Assembly: GCA_951406725.2 (NCBI GenBank)
Contig: OX597835.1
Coordinates: 29,760,001 to 29,824,000, forward strand
From: Octopus vulgaris
Lineage: Eukaryota
Direction: 5' to 3'
DNA length: 64,000 nt
Below are positions 13,878 through 28,734 of this stretch, piece after piece (within the stretch, counting starts at the first letter, position 1; each line of letters opens with the position of its first letter). The position numbers were made by a program, and so were the translations under genes. Under the pieces are notes generated by a model, which saw only the letters and a program-made list of their open reading frames with translations, was not told where the DNA came from and did not search any database.

Positions 13878-14278
13878 TTGTTTTTACGTGTTTCAGTCAT
13901 TTGACTGCGGCCATGCTGGAGCACCGCCTTTAATCGAGCAACTCGACCCCGGAACTTATTCTTTGTAAGCCTAGTACTTATTCTATCGGTCTGTTTTGCC
14001 GAACCGCTAAGTGACGGGGACGTAAACAAACCAGCATCAGTTGTCAAGCAATGCTAGGGGCACAAACACAGACACACAAACTCATACACACACATACATA
14101 TATATACATATATACGAAAGTCTTCTTCCAGTTTCCTTCTACCAAATCCACTCACAAGGCATTGGTCGGCCCGGGGCTATAGCAGAAGACACTTGCCCAA
14201 GATGCCACGCAGTGGGACTGAACCCAGAACCATGTGGTTGGTTAGCAAGCTACTTACCACACAGCCACTCCTGCGCCT
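13878..14278 (-). mobile_element. SINE family 2 (tRNA head, CORE-like segment, internal microsatellite), full length
   Basis: Reverse complement reads aggcgcaggagtggctgtgtggtaag...gggttcagtccc...cttgggcaagtgtcttct...(TA/TG)n...cagtcaaatgactgaaac. Confidence 0.9.
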
Positions 14279-14664
14279 ATATATATACATATTTCTTCCA
14301 AACTTTCTGTTGCTTTAGCAACCTTGTCAATGTATGTTGAGTGTTTTTTTTTTTAAAAAAAAACTTATTTGAAAAGTGAAAAAGAATACTCGTCTCCGCT
14401 CGTCGGTTCATTGAGCTGAACTGCTATGTTACGAGGACGCAAACAAAACAACATCGGTTTTGAACTGGAAGTTGGCAATCGTGGTACAGAGATATTGTTT
14501 TGAGCTCAGTGTGTGTGTGTGGGGGGGGGTGCTAGATTCCTTTGTTCGAAAATATAAGGACACAGATCGTGTCGTATAGCCAGCTGGAGACGATGTCTCC
14601 TGGGACTAAATTACAGCAACATTCGTCCTAAACCAGGACTGCCATGTTATGTTAGCAAACAACC

Positions 14665-14880
14665 TTTACTCCAAAGTACTTTAGTTTCCTTTCTTCTAAT
14701 AGTCTAGAATTATGATCTTGTATTCGCTAGTTGTAGCACTTTTTCATTAATCATATGTTTTGTCCAAGATACGCTAAACATTCTTCTGTATGTCCACATT
14801 TCAAAACCTTTTAGTTTGTCAACAAATAGTTTTCGTCAATGTTGTCCACCATCGGATAATTTAGTCCAGTACTTGATGAT
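14665..14880 (-). pseudogene. Decayed RTE-clade LINE ORF fragment; weaker remnants at ~15200-15310 and ~15720-15830
   Basis: Minus strand reads DKLKGFEMWTYRRMFSVSWTKHMINEKVLQLA...RKLKYFG, typical of the RTE post-RT region. Confidence 0.7.
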
Positions 14881-15845
14881 ATCAAACTAGCTTGTTCTTT
14901 GTCTTTCTCTCGACTGTTTGATAGTTATTTCTGTTTTTAATAGTTTTTTTTTTTTGTAGTAGTAGTAGTAGTAGTTTTTCTTCATTCCTATGCATATCGC
15001 TAGCACAGCAGTTAAGGCTATTTCCAGTACCGAGGTACCTACCACTGACAAAGTCAAATGCGGCCGAAATCATGCGATCTGGTAGTAGCTGTGATTTTCT
15101 GCCGCTGGCGATTGCTATCATGTGCTTTTATACACCAAAAAACCATAAGAGAGTTTTTCTCTCCTGGTAAATATTACGGTATTTGTGAGTTCTTACGGTA
15201 TTTGTGTTCTTCATTTGTCTTATGTCTTGTCCAAAATATTCTTAACATTTTCCCATACAAGTTTATATTTGGTCCAATTGGCGTAAGTAGATTAAAAACA
15301 TTTTTCTGTCTTTAGAAAATGGTATCGACCATTGACAAAACCAAATAATTCAAAATCAGCCAACAAATATTAGAGATACTGGAATCAATATAATTTGGTT
15401 GACGATGGATTGAACTTATAATATGGAGAAATGATTTTCACTGATAAGTCTGTAGAAAGTAGAATCATGAAATGGTTGAGAGACAGAAAAGACAAAGGGA
15501 GAATCACTGAATATCTCGTAATGTTAAAAATTGCTGTCGTGCAATAAATTTAAATTAATTTTCTGTAGTTAAAATTTTCAATAATAAAAGAAGTTCAATA
15601 ACCACATTTCGATAAAAATCAATTACAATTAGAATTCTTAAGAATTTTCTAGACCGTGTAGTCTTTAATAATTACTTTCTTTTTGCAAATGTTACATTCT
15701 CCCGACTTATTAATAAGCAGCTTTCTTTATTACTGCAGAGATCTCCACATTTCTAAACCTAGTTTGTCAAAGTTTTCGTCGATGTCTATCTTTCTGCACA
15801 ATATAATGATAATGGACCATTTACACAGCGTTATTCTTGTTTCTG

Positions 15846-16165
15846 AAAGCGCATGGCTTAGTGTTTAGAGCGTCGGGTTCACAATCATGAGGTATTGAGC
15901 TCGATTCCCGGACTGGGCTGTGTTGTGTTCTTGAGCATGACACCTTATTTCATGTTGTTCCAGCTCATTCAGCTGTAGAAATGAGTTGTGACGTCACTGG
16001 TGCCAAGCTGTATCAGCCTTTACCTTTTTCTTGGATAACATCAGCGGCGTGGAGAGAAGACGCTGGTATTCAGGGGTGAGGGCTGGTCTTCCATAAACAA
16101 CCTTGTCCGGAGGATAACTTTCTAAGTACAATTCCACGGTCCTTCATGACCGAAAGGGGTCTTTG
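15846..16165 (+). mobile_element. SINE family 4 (tRNA head, CORE-like segment)
   Basis: gcatggcttagtgtttagagc...tcgattcccgg...tgtgttcttgagcatgacac...catgaccgaaagg; homologue on minus strand at 41815-42151. Confidence 0.8.
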
Positions 16166-17736
16166 CTGTATTCTTCTTTCTATAGCTCTTGATGTTTATT
16201 AATTAATTAATGATGGTAAATTAATCAATCATAATCTAGTTAATTTGTTTTTTAACCATTATCCCTAAAGATACAGATATCCAATAATTGGCAATTGTTT
16301 CTTCATTGTTCTAAATGAATTCCCTCTCGGAGTCAACAGAAATTTTGGGGGTGCAAAAACGTGTTTGTTACAATAACAAACCCTTTGAGGTCCTTTCTTT
16401 CTTTCTTTCTTTCTTTCTTCCTTTCTTTCTTTCGTTCGTTCTTTCTTCATTCCTTCCCCCCTCCTTCTTCCCTTCCTTTAGCGATCTACAATATTTATTC
16501 ATCTGGTATAGGAACGTAAAGTCCACAGTCTGTCCGAAGTTCGGAGTTTGTGACCTGTGAATCAGAAACACACACACACACATACACACACACACGCAAA
16601 CATACGCACACGCACACACAAACACACACACACACACGCACACACACACACACACACATACACACGCACGCAAACACGCGCGCACACAAACACACACACA
16701 CGCACCCGTACCGAGGCACACATGCACACACATACAAAAGTATGCATAAAGCATACACTTTGTCACACAGATATATAACCGCGCACACAGATATATAATT
16801 ACACACACACACACATGCATACGTACACATAGATATATACGCACCGACAGACACAATTATAAATACACACACACACACACATATATATAGATACATATGC
16901 GCAGCCAGACACACACACATGTATGCATACATGCATACATACTCTCACACATAGCTTTGGATTATCTCTCTCTCTCTCTTTCCCCTCAACACACATATAG
17001 ATACATTTGCATAGACACACACATACATTAACGCATGCATACATACATATCGTACATGCGTTCTTACATACATACATATATGCATACATATATGCATTCA
17101 TTCATATATTCATACATATATAGATGCATACATACATATATACATACATATATACATACATATATACATACATACATATATACATGCATGCATACATAGA
17201 TTCTTACATGTATGTATATACATATATATATATATATATATACACATACATACACGCATACATACATACATATATACATACACGCATACATACACGCATA
17301 CATACATACTTACTTACATACATATATGTACATACACACATACATACGTACAAACACACATACGTGCATACATGCATACCTATCTACCTTCCTCCCTCCC
17401 TCCTTACCTACCTACCTACCTACCTACCTACCTACATATATACATACATGTAACTCTCTTCTACACACATATAGATTTATACAGACAGACACACATAAAC
17501 ACATGCAAATACACACACATATACACATGCATACATATATCTGTCAATCTTTCTATCTTTCTCCCTCCACACATACACACACGCACACACATACATACAT
17601 GTATCTATCTTTTTCTGTATCTCTATCCCCCTCAAAACACACATACACATACACACACACATGTATACGTGTATCTGTTTTTCCACACACATACGAGTAC
17701 GGACACACGCTCGTACTCATTCACATACATACACAC

Positions 17737-17799
<63 letters not shown>

Positions 17800-18285
17800 C
17801 ACATACATACACACACACAAAGAGATACACCTCCTTGGTTATTCGGGTGGATGGGAGTAATTTTGACAAATTAAGTGAATATGTTCTGTTAAAAGAGATT
17901 GGATGTAGGGGAGTGAGTGGGTGTGTTGGAATGGCTTTACAAACGGGTGGGGAAAGGGTACCCAGCCTTTTATCTCACCCTCTAACACGTGACTTCTATT
18001 TCATGTTTCAATTAGACATCTTGTACTCCACCCCGCTCTCGCTCACACCCCACCCCACCCGGTAGGGTCATTGTTTGGAGCGGGTAAAAAGGGGGTAACA
18101 GGGTTATTGGTGTTGTTGTTGGTGACGTTGCTGTAGTTGTTGTTGTTTGTGTAGTTGTTGCTGTTGCTCTTGTTGTAGTTGTTGGAGTTAGTGTTGTTCT
18201 GTTTTACTTGTTGTTCTTGTTTGTGTTGTTGTTGTTATTATTACTGCTGCTGCTGTTGCTGCTTTGTTTGCTTGTTTGTTTGTTG

Positions 18286-18599
18286 AGAGAATCGGTCGTC
18301 GTCTCATTAGGGGGAGAAATCCGAAACGTGGTCCTTTGCTATTCGTAAGACCCGCAGAAGAGATAGCAGGTCAACCCCCGACACCGAGAGCATCGACGGA
18401 TGGATGAATGCACATCCAGGCTCAGCGGTTGCGTAGGAAGTCGGGGACAAGAAACAGGAAGAAAGAGTGAGAGAAAGTTGTAGCGAAAGAGTACAACAGG
18501 GGTCACCCCCCCACCACCGCTGCCGGAGCCTCGTGGAGCCTTAGGTGTTTTCGCTCAATAAACACACACAACGCCCGGTCTGAGAATCGAAACCGCGAT
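18286..18599 (-). mobile_element. SINE family 3, 5'-truncated, tail type Z
   Basis: Body gaaagagtgagagaaagttg...ttaggtgttttcgctcaataaacac matches family 3; 18286-18455 differs from the other tails. Confidence 0.8.
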
Positions 18600-19708
18600 A
18601 AGCTACCTACATCAACTTGCTATAAAAGCAGGTAGTTATTTTACCTTGTCCTTATTCTTAGTGCAACTTTTGGGGAGTCCAGTTAGATTTTAACAGTTAT
18701 TTTTTTCAAAGCTATGATAGAAGTGACAAAGGAGCATATTCGGCACATTATGCTTTATGAGTTCAATAAAGATAACAATGCAATGGAAGGTGCGAGGAAT
18801 GTTAATGCAGTATATGTGGATCGGACAATAAGCGTAAGGCAGGGTCAACGGGTATTTTCGGAAATTCCAAGCCAGAAACTACAGTCTAAAAGACGAGCCT
18901 CATCCTGGAAGATCTGTGGAGATCGACGAGGAGATCCTGCAAAACCTGGTGGAACAAAATCCCATTGTTACTGTTGAAGAACTAGCAGAGAAGCTTGGAT
19001 TTGGTCATTCAACCATTCATTGACACCCGCGTGCCATCGGAAAACTAAGCAAATTGGGTCATTGAGTTCCTCACAAACCTTCCGAGTCTAGTCGTGCACA
19101 GAGAGTGAATGTGTGCTGTTCTTTGCTGTCACGTCTCACAAATGAACCTTTTTTGGGACCGAATAGTGACTGGTGACGAGAAATGGGTTCTCTATAAAAA
19201 TATCAAACGCAGAAGACAATGGGTAGGTAAAGGAGGAACACCGGCACCCCAGGTTAAGAAAGGTGTTATCTGTTTGATGGGATATGAAAAGTTTAGTCCA
19301 CTTTGAACTTTAAAACCCAAACCAAACGATAACAAAGGAGATCTACTGCGAGCAGCTTATGCGGCTTAAGTCAGCGCTGGAAGAAAGTCGACCATCTTTG
19401 GTTTCAAGACGGAATGTGTTTTTCCATCAGAAATGCCACATACAGCGAGGATGACATTCCAAAGGTTGGAGCAGTTTGAATAGGAAACGATGCCCCACTC
19501 ACCATATTTACCGGACATTTCCCCTTCTGATTATCATTTATTCCGCAGTCTTCAAAAGCAGTTGGACGGAAAAAATATGAATTCTGTAGACGAGCTGAGA
19601 ATAGTACTAGAGGAGTATTTTTCGTGACGGAGAAGGAAATTTTGGAAGAGGGGCTTTGCAAGTCTAACAGATGGATGGAAGAGCAGTGTAGAAAATGAAG
19701 GAGAGTGT
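18600..19708 (+). mobile_element. Degenerate mariner (DD34D-type) transposon; transposase pseudogene from 18714
   Basis: HIRHIMLYEF HTH start, VPH motif, RIVTGDEKWVLY, HSPYLPDISPSDYHLF, ending GWKSSVENEGE; multiple stops and frameshifts; TIRs not seen. Confidence 0.92.
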
Positions 19709-19866
19709 TTGTATGCGTGTGAGTGCGCTTGTGTGTATGTGTAGGTATGTGTATGTATGTATATACACATACACACAGACACATCACGCGCACTAGCGTA
19801 CACACAGACACATCACGCGCACTAACGTACACACACGTACACACACACACGCACATATACACACAC

Positions 19867-19906
<40 letters not shown>

Positions 19907-20015
19907 ACATGTATGTATTTTGTAAATACCAATATGTTTTCTCTCTGTATCACTCTGTCTCTGTATCTGCGTGTCTCTCTCTTTCTCTCTATCTTTCTAT
20001 CTGTATGTCTGTCTG

Positions 20016-20413
<398 letters not shown>

Positions 20414-20564
20414 ATTTTTTGTTACTCTGCTCAGCCCAGCTATACTCTCACTCACTCACTCACTCACTCACTCACTCACTCACTTACTCACTCACTCACT
20501 CACTTTCTCTCTATCACTGTCTAGACCTCACGCACATTTGCAAATACTCACTCACACACACACA

Positions 20565-20597
<33 letters not shown>

Positions 20598-21104
20598 GCA
20601 TACACACACGCATACACACACACACACACATGAATACCGAAATTCACCGACAGTAGCAGAAACAGCAACAACAACAACAACCTCACTCACCCCCCACACC
20701 TCCACGAATCCCTACTATTGTAATATGTTCCCAATTAGTCACCTGCTGTAGTCCCAGATTCTTCAATAAGACATCAAATATTATCCATGTTATCTTGTTG
20801 ACAACAAGTTGACCCTATGATGGGAGTTACTCACCTCACACTTATTTGAAAACGGATTCGTTCAATTAAGTGTATTAGAAACATTCTTTTGATTTCACGA
20901 TCACGCACACGCACACGCACACGTGCACACACGTACACACACACACACGCATACACACGTACACACACGCACACATACGTACATACGTAATTCCATATGT
21001 ACGTACATGCACACACACATATGCGAACAAAATATAAATTCACTCTCTTATACAGATATGTGTGTGTGTGTGTGTGCGTGTGTGTGTGTGTGTGTGTGTT
21101 GTGA

Positions 21105-21136
<32 letters not shown>

Positions 21137-21766
21137 ATGTGTGTGAGTTTGCGTGTGTGTGTATGTGTGTGAGTTTGCGTGTGTGTGTATGTGTGTGAGT
21201 GTGCGTGTGTGTGTGTGTGTGTGAGTGTGTATGTGTGTGAGTGTGCGTGTGTGTGTATGTGTGTGAGTGTGCGTGTGTGTGTATGTGTGTGAGCGTGTGT
21301 GTATGTGTGTAAGTGTGCGTGTATGTGTATGTATGGATGGATGGATGGATGAATGCGTGAGTGATACACTTGAACGCATTCATCTATCTATCTATCTATC
21401 TATCTACTATCTATACTATACCTATCTATACTATACTATCTATCTATCGTATCATATGTATATATCTATAGATATATATACACACACATATACATACATA
21501 TATATGCATACATATGTGTGTATGTATATATACATATATATGTATGTATGTACATGTATATATATATATATGTATACGTATAGGTATGTATGTTTCTATG
21601 TATGTATATACGTATGTATATATCTATGTATGTATACGTAGCTATAAGTGTGTTTGTGTATGTGTGTATATATGTATATGGATGTATGTATACATACATG
21701 TATAAATACGGACGTTAAATGAAACCATGTCTTCTCACCCTCTCACACAAACACATTCACACATGC

Positions 21767-21817
<51 letters not shown>

Positions 21818-22036
21818 AAGAGAGGGGGCAGTATTTTCTGGAATGTTCGCCGAGAAATTGGTCAGCAGCCGATCGCTTTTTGAAGTACATCTCCTACATA
21901 TTTCCATTTGATTTTCTGAATCAAACATAAATAAACAAATATATATCGCCAGAGTTAATGGGAAGGGGATGAGAATCGAACCTTCCACCCATCTTTTACA
22001 TTCCGTTGCCTCCAATCATCATAATATATATGTATA

Positions 22037-22902
22037 CAGGTCGTCGTCGACTTACGACCGATCGACTTTACGACTATTGGCGCGCCAGTTCTAAGCAGCA
22101 ATAATAAATAGTCCTGTTGAAATCTAATGTGTTTAATATCATAGAAATTAACCCTTCTGCAGATAATGTCAGCTAACAAACGCTTACCCTAGCTTTGGTT
22201 ATCGATCGCCACTGTTTTGGATAACTATCCTGTGACGAAGACATCGAGGCAACCGGATCTTTTCGGTTTGAACGGCAGTATTTTCTAGCGGTGTCATATG
22301 AAATTGTCACTCATAATTATGACCCTAGTATCGATCTATTGCATTTCAATCTGTTTTAGGGTTAGGGTTAGGGGTGGGGGAAGGGTATCTTTTTTTCTTC
22401 ACAAATGTAAATAAACCCAATATGTTTCTTAAACGAGGGACATATTCATGCGGCACAGAATGTTTTTTTTTACCTCAATGGACGTCAGTGATTGGTTGAA
22501 ATTGCAGAAATTGAAGAAAAAAATAACAAATATCTTACAAACTATAATGTTTTCTCAATAATGCCGAGAGAAAAAGATGTTTTATAAACACATTCTACTA
22601 GTATACGAAGTTTAAACTTTTTTAGTTACCTAGAAATTATGTTAAAAACTGCCGTTCAAACCGAACAGATCCAGGCAACCTCATATTTGTTTATAAGACG
22701 ACTGCTTGAGACTCCAACACTTTTGACTAACGCCAGTATAACAGTATAATACAGAATGATGTGTGACTTTTACCTGAGAATGTGTCGTAAGAATGTAAAA
22801 ATATGAAAGAAAGATATGTAGGCCTATAGGCCGACTTACGACCAAATCAACTTACGACCAGTCAGTCGGAACCAATTTTAGTCGTAAGTCGACGACGACT
22901 TA
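22037..22902. mobile_element. Tigger/pogo-like MITE hosting the nested Merlin-like MITE
   Basis: TIRs caggtcgtcgtcgacttacgac / gtcgtaagtcgacgacgactta, flanking TA, subterminal cgacttacgacc repeats. Confidence 0.8.
22255..22672. mobile_element. Second copy of the GGATC-terminal MITE (Merlin-like)
   Basis: Closely similar to 12056-12474; TSD AGGCAACC at 22247-22254 and 22673-22680. Confidence 0.9.
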
Positions 22903-22917
22903 TAATATCTCCCTCAT

Positions 22918-23305
22918 CTTTTATCTTTCCCTTGTTTCAATCATTCAACTGCGGTCATGCTGGGGCACTGCTTTGAACAGTTTTTACTCGAATGAATCGA
23001 TCAGTACTTTTTTGTTGAAGCCTGGGGACATTAACACACCAACACCGGTTGTCAAGCAATGGCGTGGGACAAATACAGGAACAAAGGCACACAGATACAC
23101 ATACACACGGATGTCTGTGTACCTGAGTTCGATCACTTCCATCCACCGCTTGACGGTTGAACTGCTTTTGCTTACGTTCCCGTGAATTAGCGGTCCGGCA
23201 AAAGCGACCGATAGAATGAGTATCTGGTTCAACAAATAAGTATTGAAACTCATCAAAGTAGTGCTGCATCATGGCCAGAGTCTAATGACTGAAACAAGTA
23301 ACAGA
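22918..23305. mobile_element. Two diverged family 2 SINE 3' halves in opposite orientation
   Basis: ttgtttcaatcattcaactgcggtcatgctgg (-) and catcatggccagagtctaatgactgaaacaagt (+). Confidence 0.7.
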
Positions 23306-23846
23306 TGAACGACGAAACACACTCACAGTATACACCCCACCCCCCACACACATACACTAACTGATACACACACACACACACACACTGACACACACACATA
23401 CACAGAAACACATACACAGTATACACACCCACGCACACACACATACACTAACTGATATACACGCACACACACATACACACATACATACACACTCACACAC
23501 ACATACAGACACAAATACACACATACACAGAAATACATACACTCACATATACACACGCTTATTGATATTCCGTAGAATACCAGATCTTGTAGACTCGGTG
23601 TTTAGATCAACATTCCACTCTATTCCCGTGTTACCTTTATAAGCGTATTATTCAAGCTGCGAAAGTCTAAATTGTTACATAACACGAGTCACATGACATC
23701 AAAGTAACGATTCTATTGTTGACGGCCAACAGTTGCTTATGCATGCAAGTCTTTCCATTTTCTTTCTACGCCTTTGATGCTGTCCAAAGGAAGGGCGACG
23801 ACTTTGGGCGATGTAGTTTGGTACCAGTGTCGGTCAAAGAGTTGCC

Positions 23847-24446
23847 GTGGAGGCACATGGCCTAGTGGTTAGAGCAGCGGACTTGCGGTCAACAGTGCGC
23901 GGGTTCGAATCTCAGACCGGGCGATGTGTGTGTGTTTATGAGCGAAAACACCTAAGCTCCACACGGCTCCGGCAGAAGGTAATGGCGAAACTTCTGCTGA
24001 CTCTTTCGCCACAACTTTCTCTCACTCTTTCCTCTTGCATCTTGCAGCTCACCTGCGACGGACCGACGTCCCAAGAAACCGGGAAACCGGCACTTATGAG
24101 CCAGGCATGGCTCGAGAAGGAACAAAAAACAGACAGAGGCAGCAGTAGTGAGGCACATGGCCTAGTGGTTAGAGAGATCGCGGTTTCGAATCTCAGATCG
24201 GGTGATGTGTGTGTGTGTTTATGAGCGAAAACACCTAAGCTCCATGCGGCTCCGGCAGAAGGTAATGGCGAAACTTCTGCTGACTCTTTCGCCACAGCTT
24301 TCGCTCACTCTTTCCTCCTGCATCTTGTAGCTCACCTGCGACGGACCGGCGTCCCGTCCAGGTGGGGAACCTATACGCCAAGGAAACCAGGAAACCGGTC
24401 CTTATGAGCCAGGCATGGCTTGAGAAGGAACAAACAACAAACAAAC
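23847..24446 (+). mobile_element. Head-to-tail dimer of family 3 SINEs (tail X) inside one TSD
   Basis: Monomers ~23847-24130 and ~24149-24446; caaagagttgc at 23835-23845 and 24446-24456. Confidence 0.9.
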
Positions 24447-24869
24447 AAAGAGTTGCTGTTGGAATTCAGCAAATTATAATCAGATACAGCAAGAGATCCT
24501 TTCCGAACAGCAACGAGCTATACGTCCGCCGAGAGCTGTCAACTGATGATGTCCAAGGGCGGGACAATGACTTTGGCCGAAATGGTTGGGTACCAGTGTC
24601 GTTCCAAGAGTTGCCGTTAAAATTCAGCAAATTAGAATCAGATATAGTTAGAGATGTTGTTCTATGCTTTGGTACATCCCCCCCAAATCCTCTATCCTAA
24701 TGATTCTCCACTGGATTCCATATGATCCTTTGGGATCCACATAAGATATTATTTTGCTAAAATGTATGTGCGATAAGTTGGTTACACTTCGACATTACAC
24801 AAAATATTTCAAAATTTTTAATACAATCCCAAATAAACTTTAATTCTACAAATACAGTGGGATTCCTTT

Positions 24870-24950
<81 letters not shown>

Positions 24951-25473
24951 GAAAAATACAATAATGGTAAAAACAGGACAAAAACAGCGGGTGTCTTACG
25001 ACTAATAAACAGTGCAACTTAGTTTAGCTGGCGTATTTTGGAAAAAATGCCTTTATCGGTAGACTAAGACAACGGCAGTGGTCAGAGGCCAAAAGGCTGG
25101 TTTGGCCAGCGGTCACGTGAGAGAAGAGAAAGAAAAGAAAGAAAAAAGAAAGGGGGCAAAGGAAACAAAGAGAGGGAGAAAAAGAGGGACGAAGGCAACA
25201 TGGGGGGGGGGAGAAGAGAGAGAAAGAAGGAATTAAAGAGGGGAGACGAAAGAGTGCGTGCCAAGGATTGGCTGGGGACAGAATCAGTGAGTGCAAGTGA
25301 GAAAGACAGAGAAAAGTGTATGCTGAATGGCTATGAAGGGCCAGTTGCGTAAAATAAGAATCGAAGGGATCCAGAAGCAAATGTTTGAGACCCACTGAGT
25401 TAGACAGAGGATGGGGCAAGATCCCTGCTACAACCTCATTGCAAGGGTCTAGAGCAGGGACTCTCAACAGGTA

Positions 25474-25689
25474 TCCATATGGCTATGAGGAGTCCATATG
25501 GCCCTGAGGAGTCAATATGACCCCGAGGAGTCCATATGGCCCTGAGGAGTTCATATGGCTATGAAGAGTTCAAATGGCTCGGAGGAGTCCATATAGCCCA
25601 GAGGAGTCCATATGGACCTGAGGAGTCCATATGGACCAGAGGAGTCAATATGGCTATGAAGGGTCCAAATGGCCATGAGGAGTTCATAT
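25474..25689. repeat. 19-bp minisatellite, ~11 copies, consensus TCCATATGGCCCTGAGGAG
   Basis: Directly visible tandem units with point variants. Confidence 0.9.
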
Positions 25690-26634
25690 TAGAGTTTGTT
25701 AAAATTTATCAGCAATAAAGATAGATACGTGACGTATAATAGCATGAAACTATTAGTAGCTCTTTCGGCTATGTATTTTAATTTGAAATATATCTATAAT
25801 ACATTAAAAGTGAGCTTGAATCTTGCTTGCTTGCTTGTAATGTTGCCCAGCCAAAGTGGCACATAATGTGAAAATACTATGCATTAAGTTTTCCCTGAAA
25901 TGTGAATACGAACGGAATAAGGCAAATTTCGCATACATCGGACAACTGGTTGTTGAGATATAGGGAGTTTTCGGAGTATAACTACCCAAAACGGTGCATA
26001 ATGGGAAAATACTCTGAAAATAACTTAACTCTGAAAGGGAAGAAACTCTAACATTTCGATTAGACACAGTGACTTGACAACGAAAAAATACGTGCTGTTT
26101 TTTACGGTAAATGTTTCTGTTTTCGCTTTTGTAAAACACAATATTTTAATCATTTAGAAATATTTTTCAGTGAATGTTATTTCAAAACTGTATGTTGTTT
26201 GTACAGTAAAGTATTAATATTTTAGCTTTCTTTAAGCAGACAATATTTTTATGTTTTTTAAAATTATTTTCGAGTGAATACCATTGCAAAAAAATTTTTG
26301 GCATATTTACAAAATATCTTAAAGTGAAAATGACTTTAAAAATACGGTAAATATTTCGTAAAAGACCCGTTCGTAATCTCGGTGTGAAAATTTTTTTCCA
26401 TGTTTTTTTTCGAGTGCATTCAACGTATGTCACCTCCAAAGAGTTGGTTGCTATTTCTAGCACACCCTGCTACCCCGTAGCAACTATTTGCGATAAAGGA
26501 TGCGAAATAACTGCTACGTGGTAGCAGGGCAGGCAAGAAATAGCAGCCAAGGCTTTCCTTTCCTGGGGAAAGAAACCGCTAACGCGAGCAAAGCAGCAAG
26601 TTCTAAATATATATACATAAATGCACATATATAT

Positions 26635-26719
<85 letters not shown>

Positions 26720-26748
26720 TACACACACACACACATATATATATATAT

Positions 26749-26863
26749 AGAAGAAGAAGAAGAAGAAGAAGAAGAAGAAGAAGAAGAAGAAGAAGAAGAA
26801 GAAGAAGAAGGAGAAGAAGAAGAAGAAGAAGAAGAAGAAGAAGAAGAAGAAGAAGAAGAAGAA
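26749..26863. repeat. (GAA)n; a complementary (CTT)n lies at 27436-27534
   Basis: Directly visible. Confidence 0.95.
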
Positions 26864-28169
26864 CCTTTTACATGCAGGTTAATATTTCCAGAGAAACTCT
26901 ACTTTGTAAAAAAATCCTTCATATTTTTTAGAGCTAATGTTATTTCTACGAACACATCTTCACAAGCCCGTCTGAGTACTTCCTTTCCGGTTGCTGATAC
27001 AGGTTTCAGACAGCCATATCATATTGTTCTACCCGTCAAAATGCATTAGAACTGAAATTATTGCCGTACACCTCGTCGCGACTGCTTTTTGCTTGTTTTT
27101 TTTTTCAGTCGATATTTGAAAGAAAACGCAGCTACAATCGTTCAAATTCGCCGTGCACCGTTTTGTTTCTTATTTCCTCTAGAAAAAAAAAATTTTTAAA
27201 AAAAGAGAATATAAAACGGAAATTCTCTTTCATTCATTCTTGTTGCGAATTGGATCAATTCATGAATGCTATTTAATAATTTCAAGAATCTTGTAAACTC
27301 TTCTTTTACAACCGTTCCGAAATATGCAACAGTCATCCGGGAATCGTTCCTAGTTTTCTTTTAAATTGGATTTAGTTCTTGCAAATTCTTCAGCACGTCG
27401 CCTTACCGCAGTTTGTTTTTCTTCCGCTGTTTATTTTCTTCTTCTTCTTCTTCTTCTTCTTCTTCTTCTTCTTCTTCTTCTTCTTCTTCTTCTTCTTCTT
27501 CTTCTTCTTCTTCTTCTTCTTCTTCTTCTTCTTCCTCCTTTATTCTCTCACGAATGTTCAGGAAGTTAATAGCGCAGGGCTTTATATGTTTGTTATCAAA
27601 ATTGATATATCATATCTGGTATTTTACTCTCATTCTTCTGAGGGATTACCTGATATTTTTGTAGAAATACTTTTGAAAATAAAAAGCGCCGAATAAAGAA
27701 ATAATTCCAGAACAATGTTAACCATATTTTGTTACAGTAAGGACCACACAACGTTTACAGATGGGGGAAATGGTGGGGTGGGGGGAGGTCGAGGTGAGGA
27801 GGAGGAGGAGGGGGAGGATATGGGCATATATTCCCACTGTGGTGCGTATATGTATGTATGTGTATGTGTGTGTGTGTGTATGTGCGTGCGTGTGTGTGTG
27901 TATGCATGTGTGTGTGTGTTAGTAGGTTGCATGTGTTTTTGAATATTGTATGTATGTATGTATGTGCGTGTGTGATAGTATATGTATGTGTACATGTGTA
28001 TGAGTGTGTACGTGTGTATGTGAGTGTGTGTGTGTGTGTGTGTGAGTGTGTGTGTGTATATGTGTGTGCATACATCAGCAGGATTATGTGCAATGATTGG
28101 TGATTAGAGATCATGGAGATAATAGAGTTCTCTTTGATTATTTTCTTTTCAAATAATAAAATCTTTATT

Positions 28170-28244
28170 GTAATAATAATAATAATAATGATGATGATGA
28201 TGATATTAACGACAGTAATAGTAATAATAATAATAATGATAATA

Positions 28245-28321
<77 letters not shown>

Positions 28322-28340
28322 CATAATGATAATAATAATG

Positions 28341-28380
<40 letters not shown>

Positions 28381-28475
28381 TAATAATGATGATGATAATA
28401 ATATATAAAAAATTATCTAAGGACCTATAATGGGGACAAATGAGGAAACGACATTGAGATTAAATAAACAACAAA

Positions 28476-28565
<90 letters not shown>

Positions 28566-28686
28566 GAACGCGACGACAAGCACGACAGCGATGGTGGTGA
28601 TGATAAAGATGATGACGACGACGGCGTCGATGACGATAATGATGATGACGATGATGATGGTGACCATGTTGGTAGTGGTGACGACA

Positions 28687-28734
<48 letters not shown>

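Noticed and set aside
23847-23925. tRNA gene calls at SINE heads (also 36388, 55790, 56209, 15846)
   Set aside because: A and B boxes are present but each continues into a repeated SINE body, some with TSDs, and the cloverleaf is incomplete
25474-25689. CRISPR array
   Set aside because: Contiguous tandem units without spacers, eukaryotic context, no cas genes
26870-27420. Viral or endonuclease remnant between (GAA)n and (CTT)n
   Set aside because: Stops in all frames and no motif I could identify with confidence
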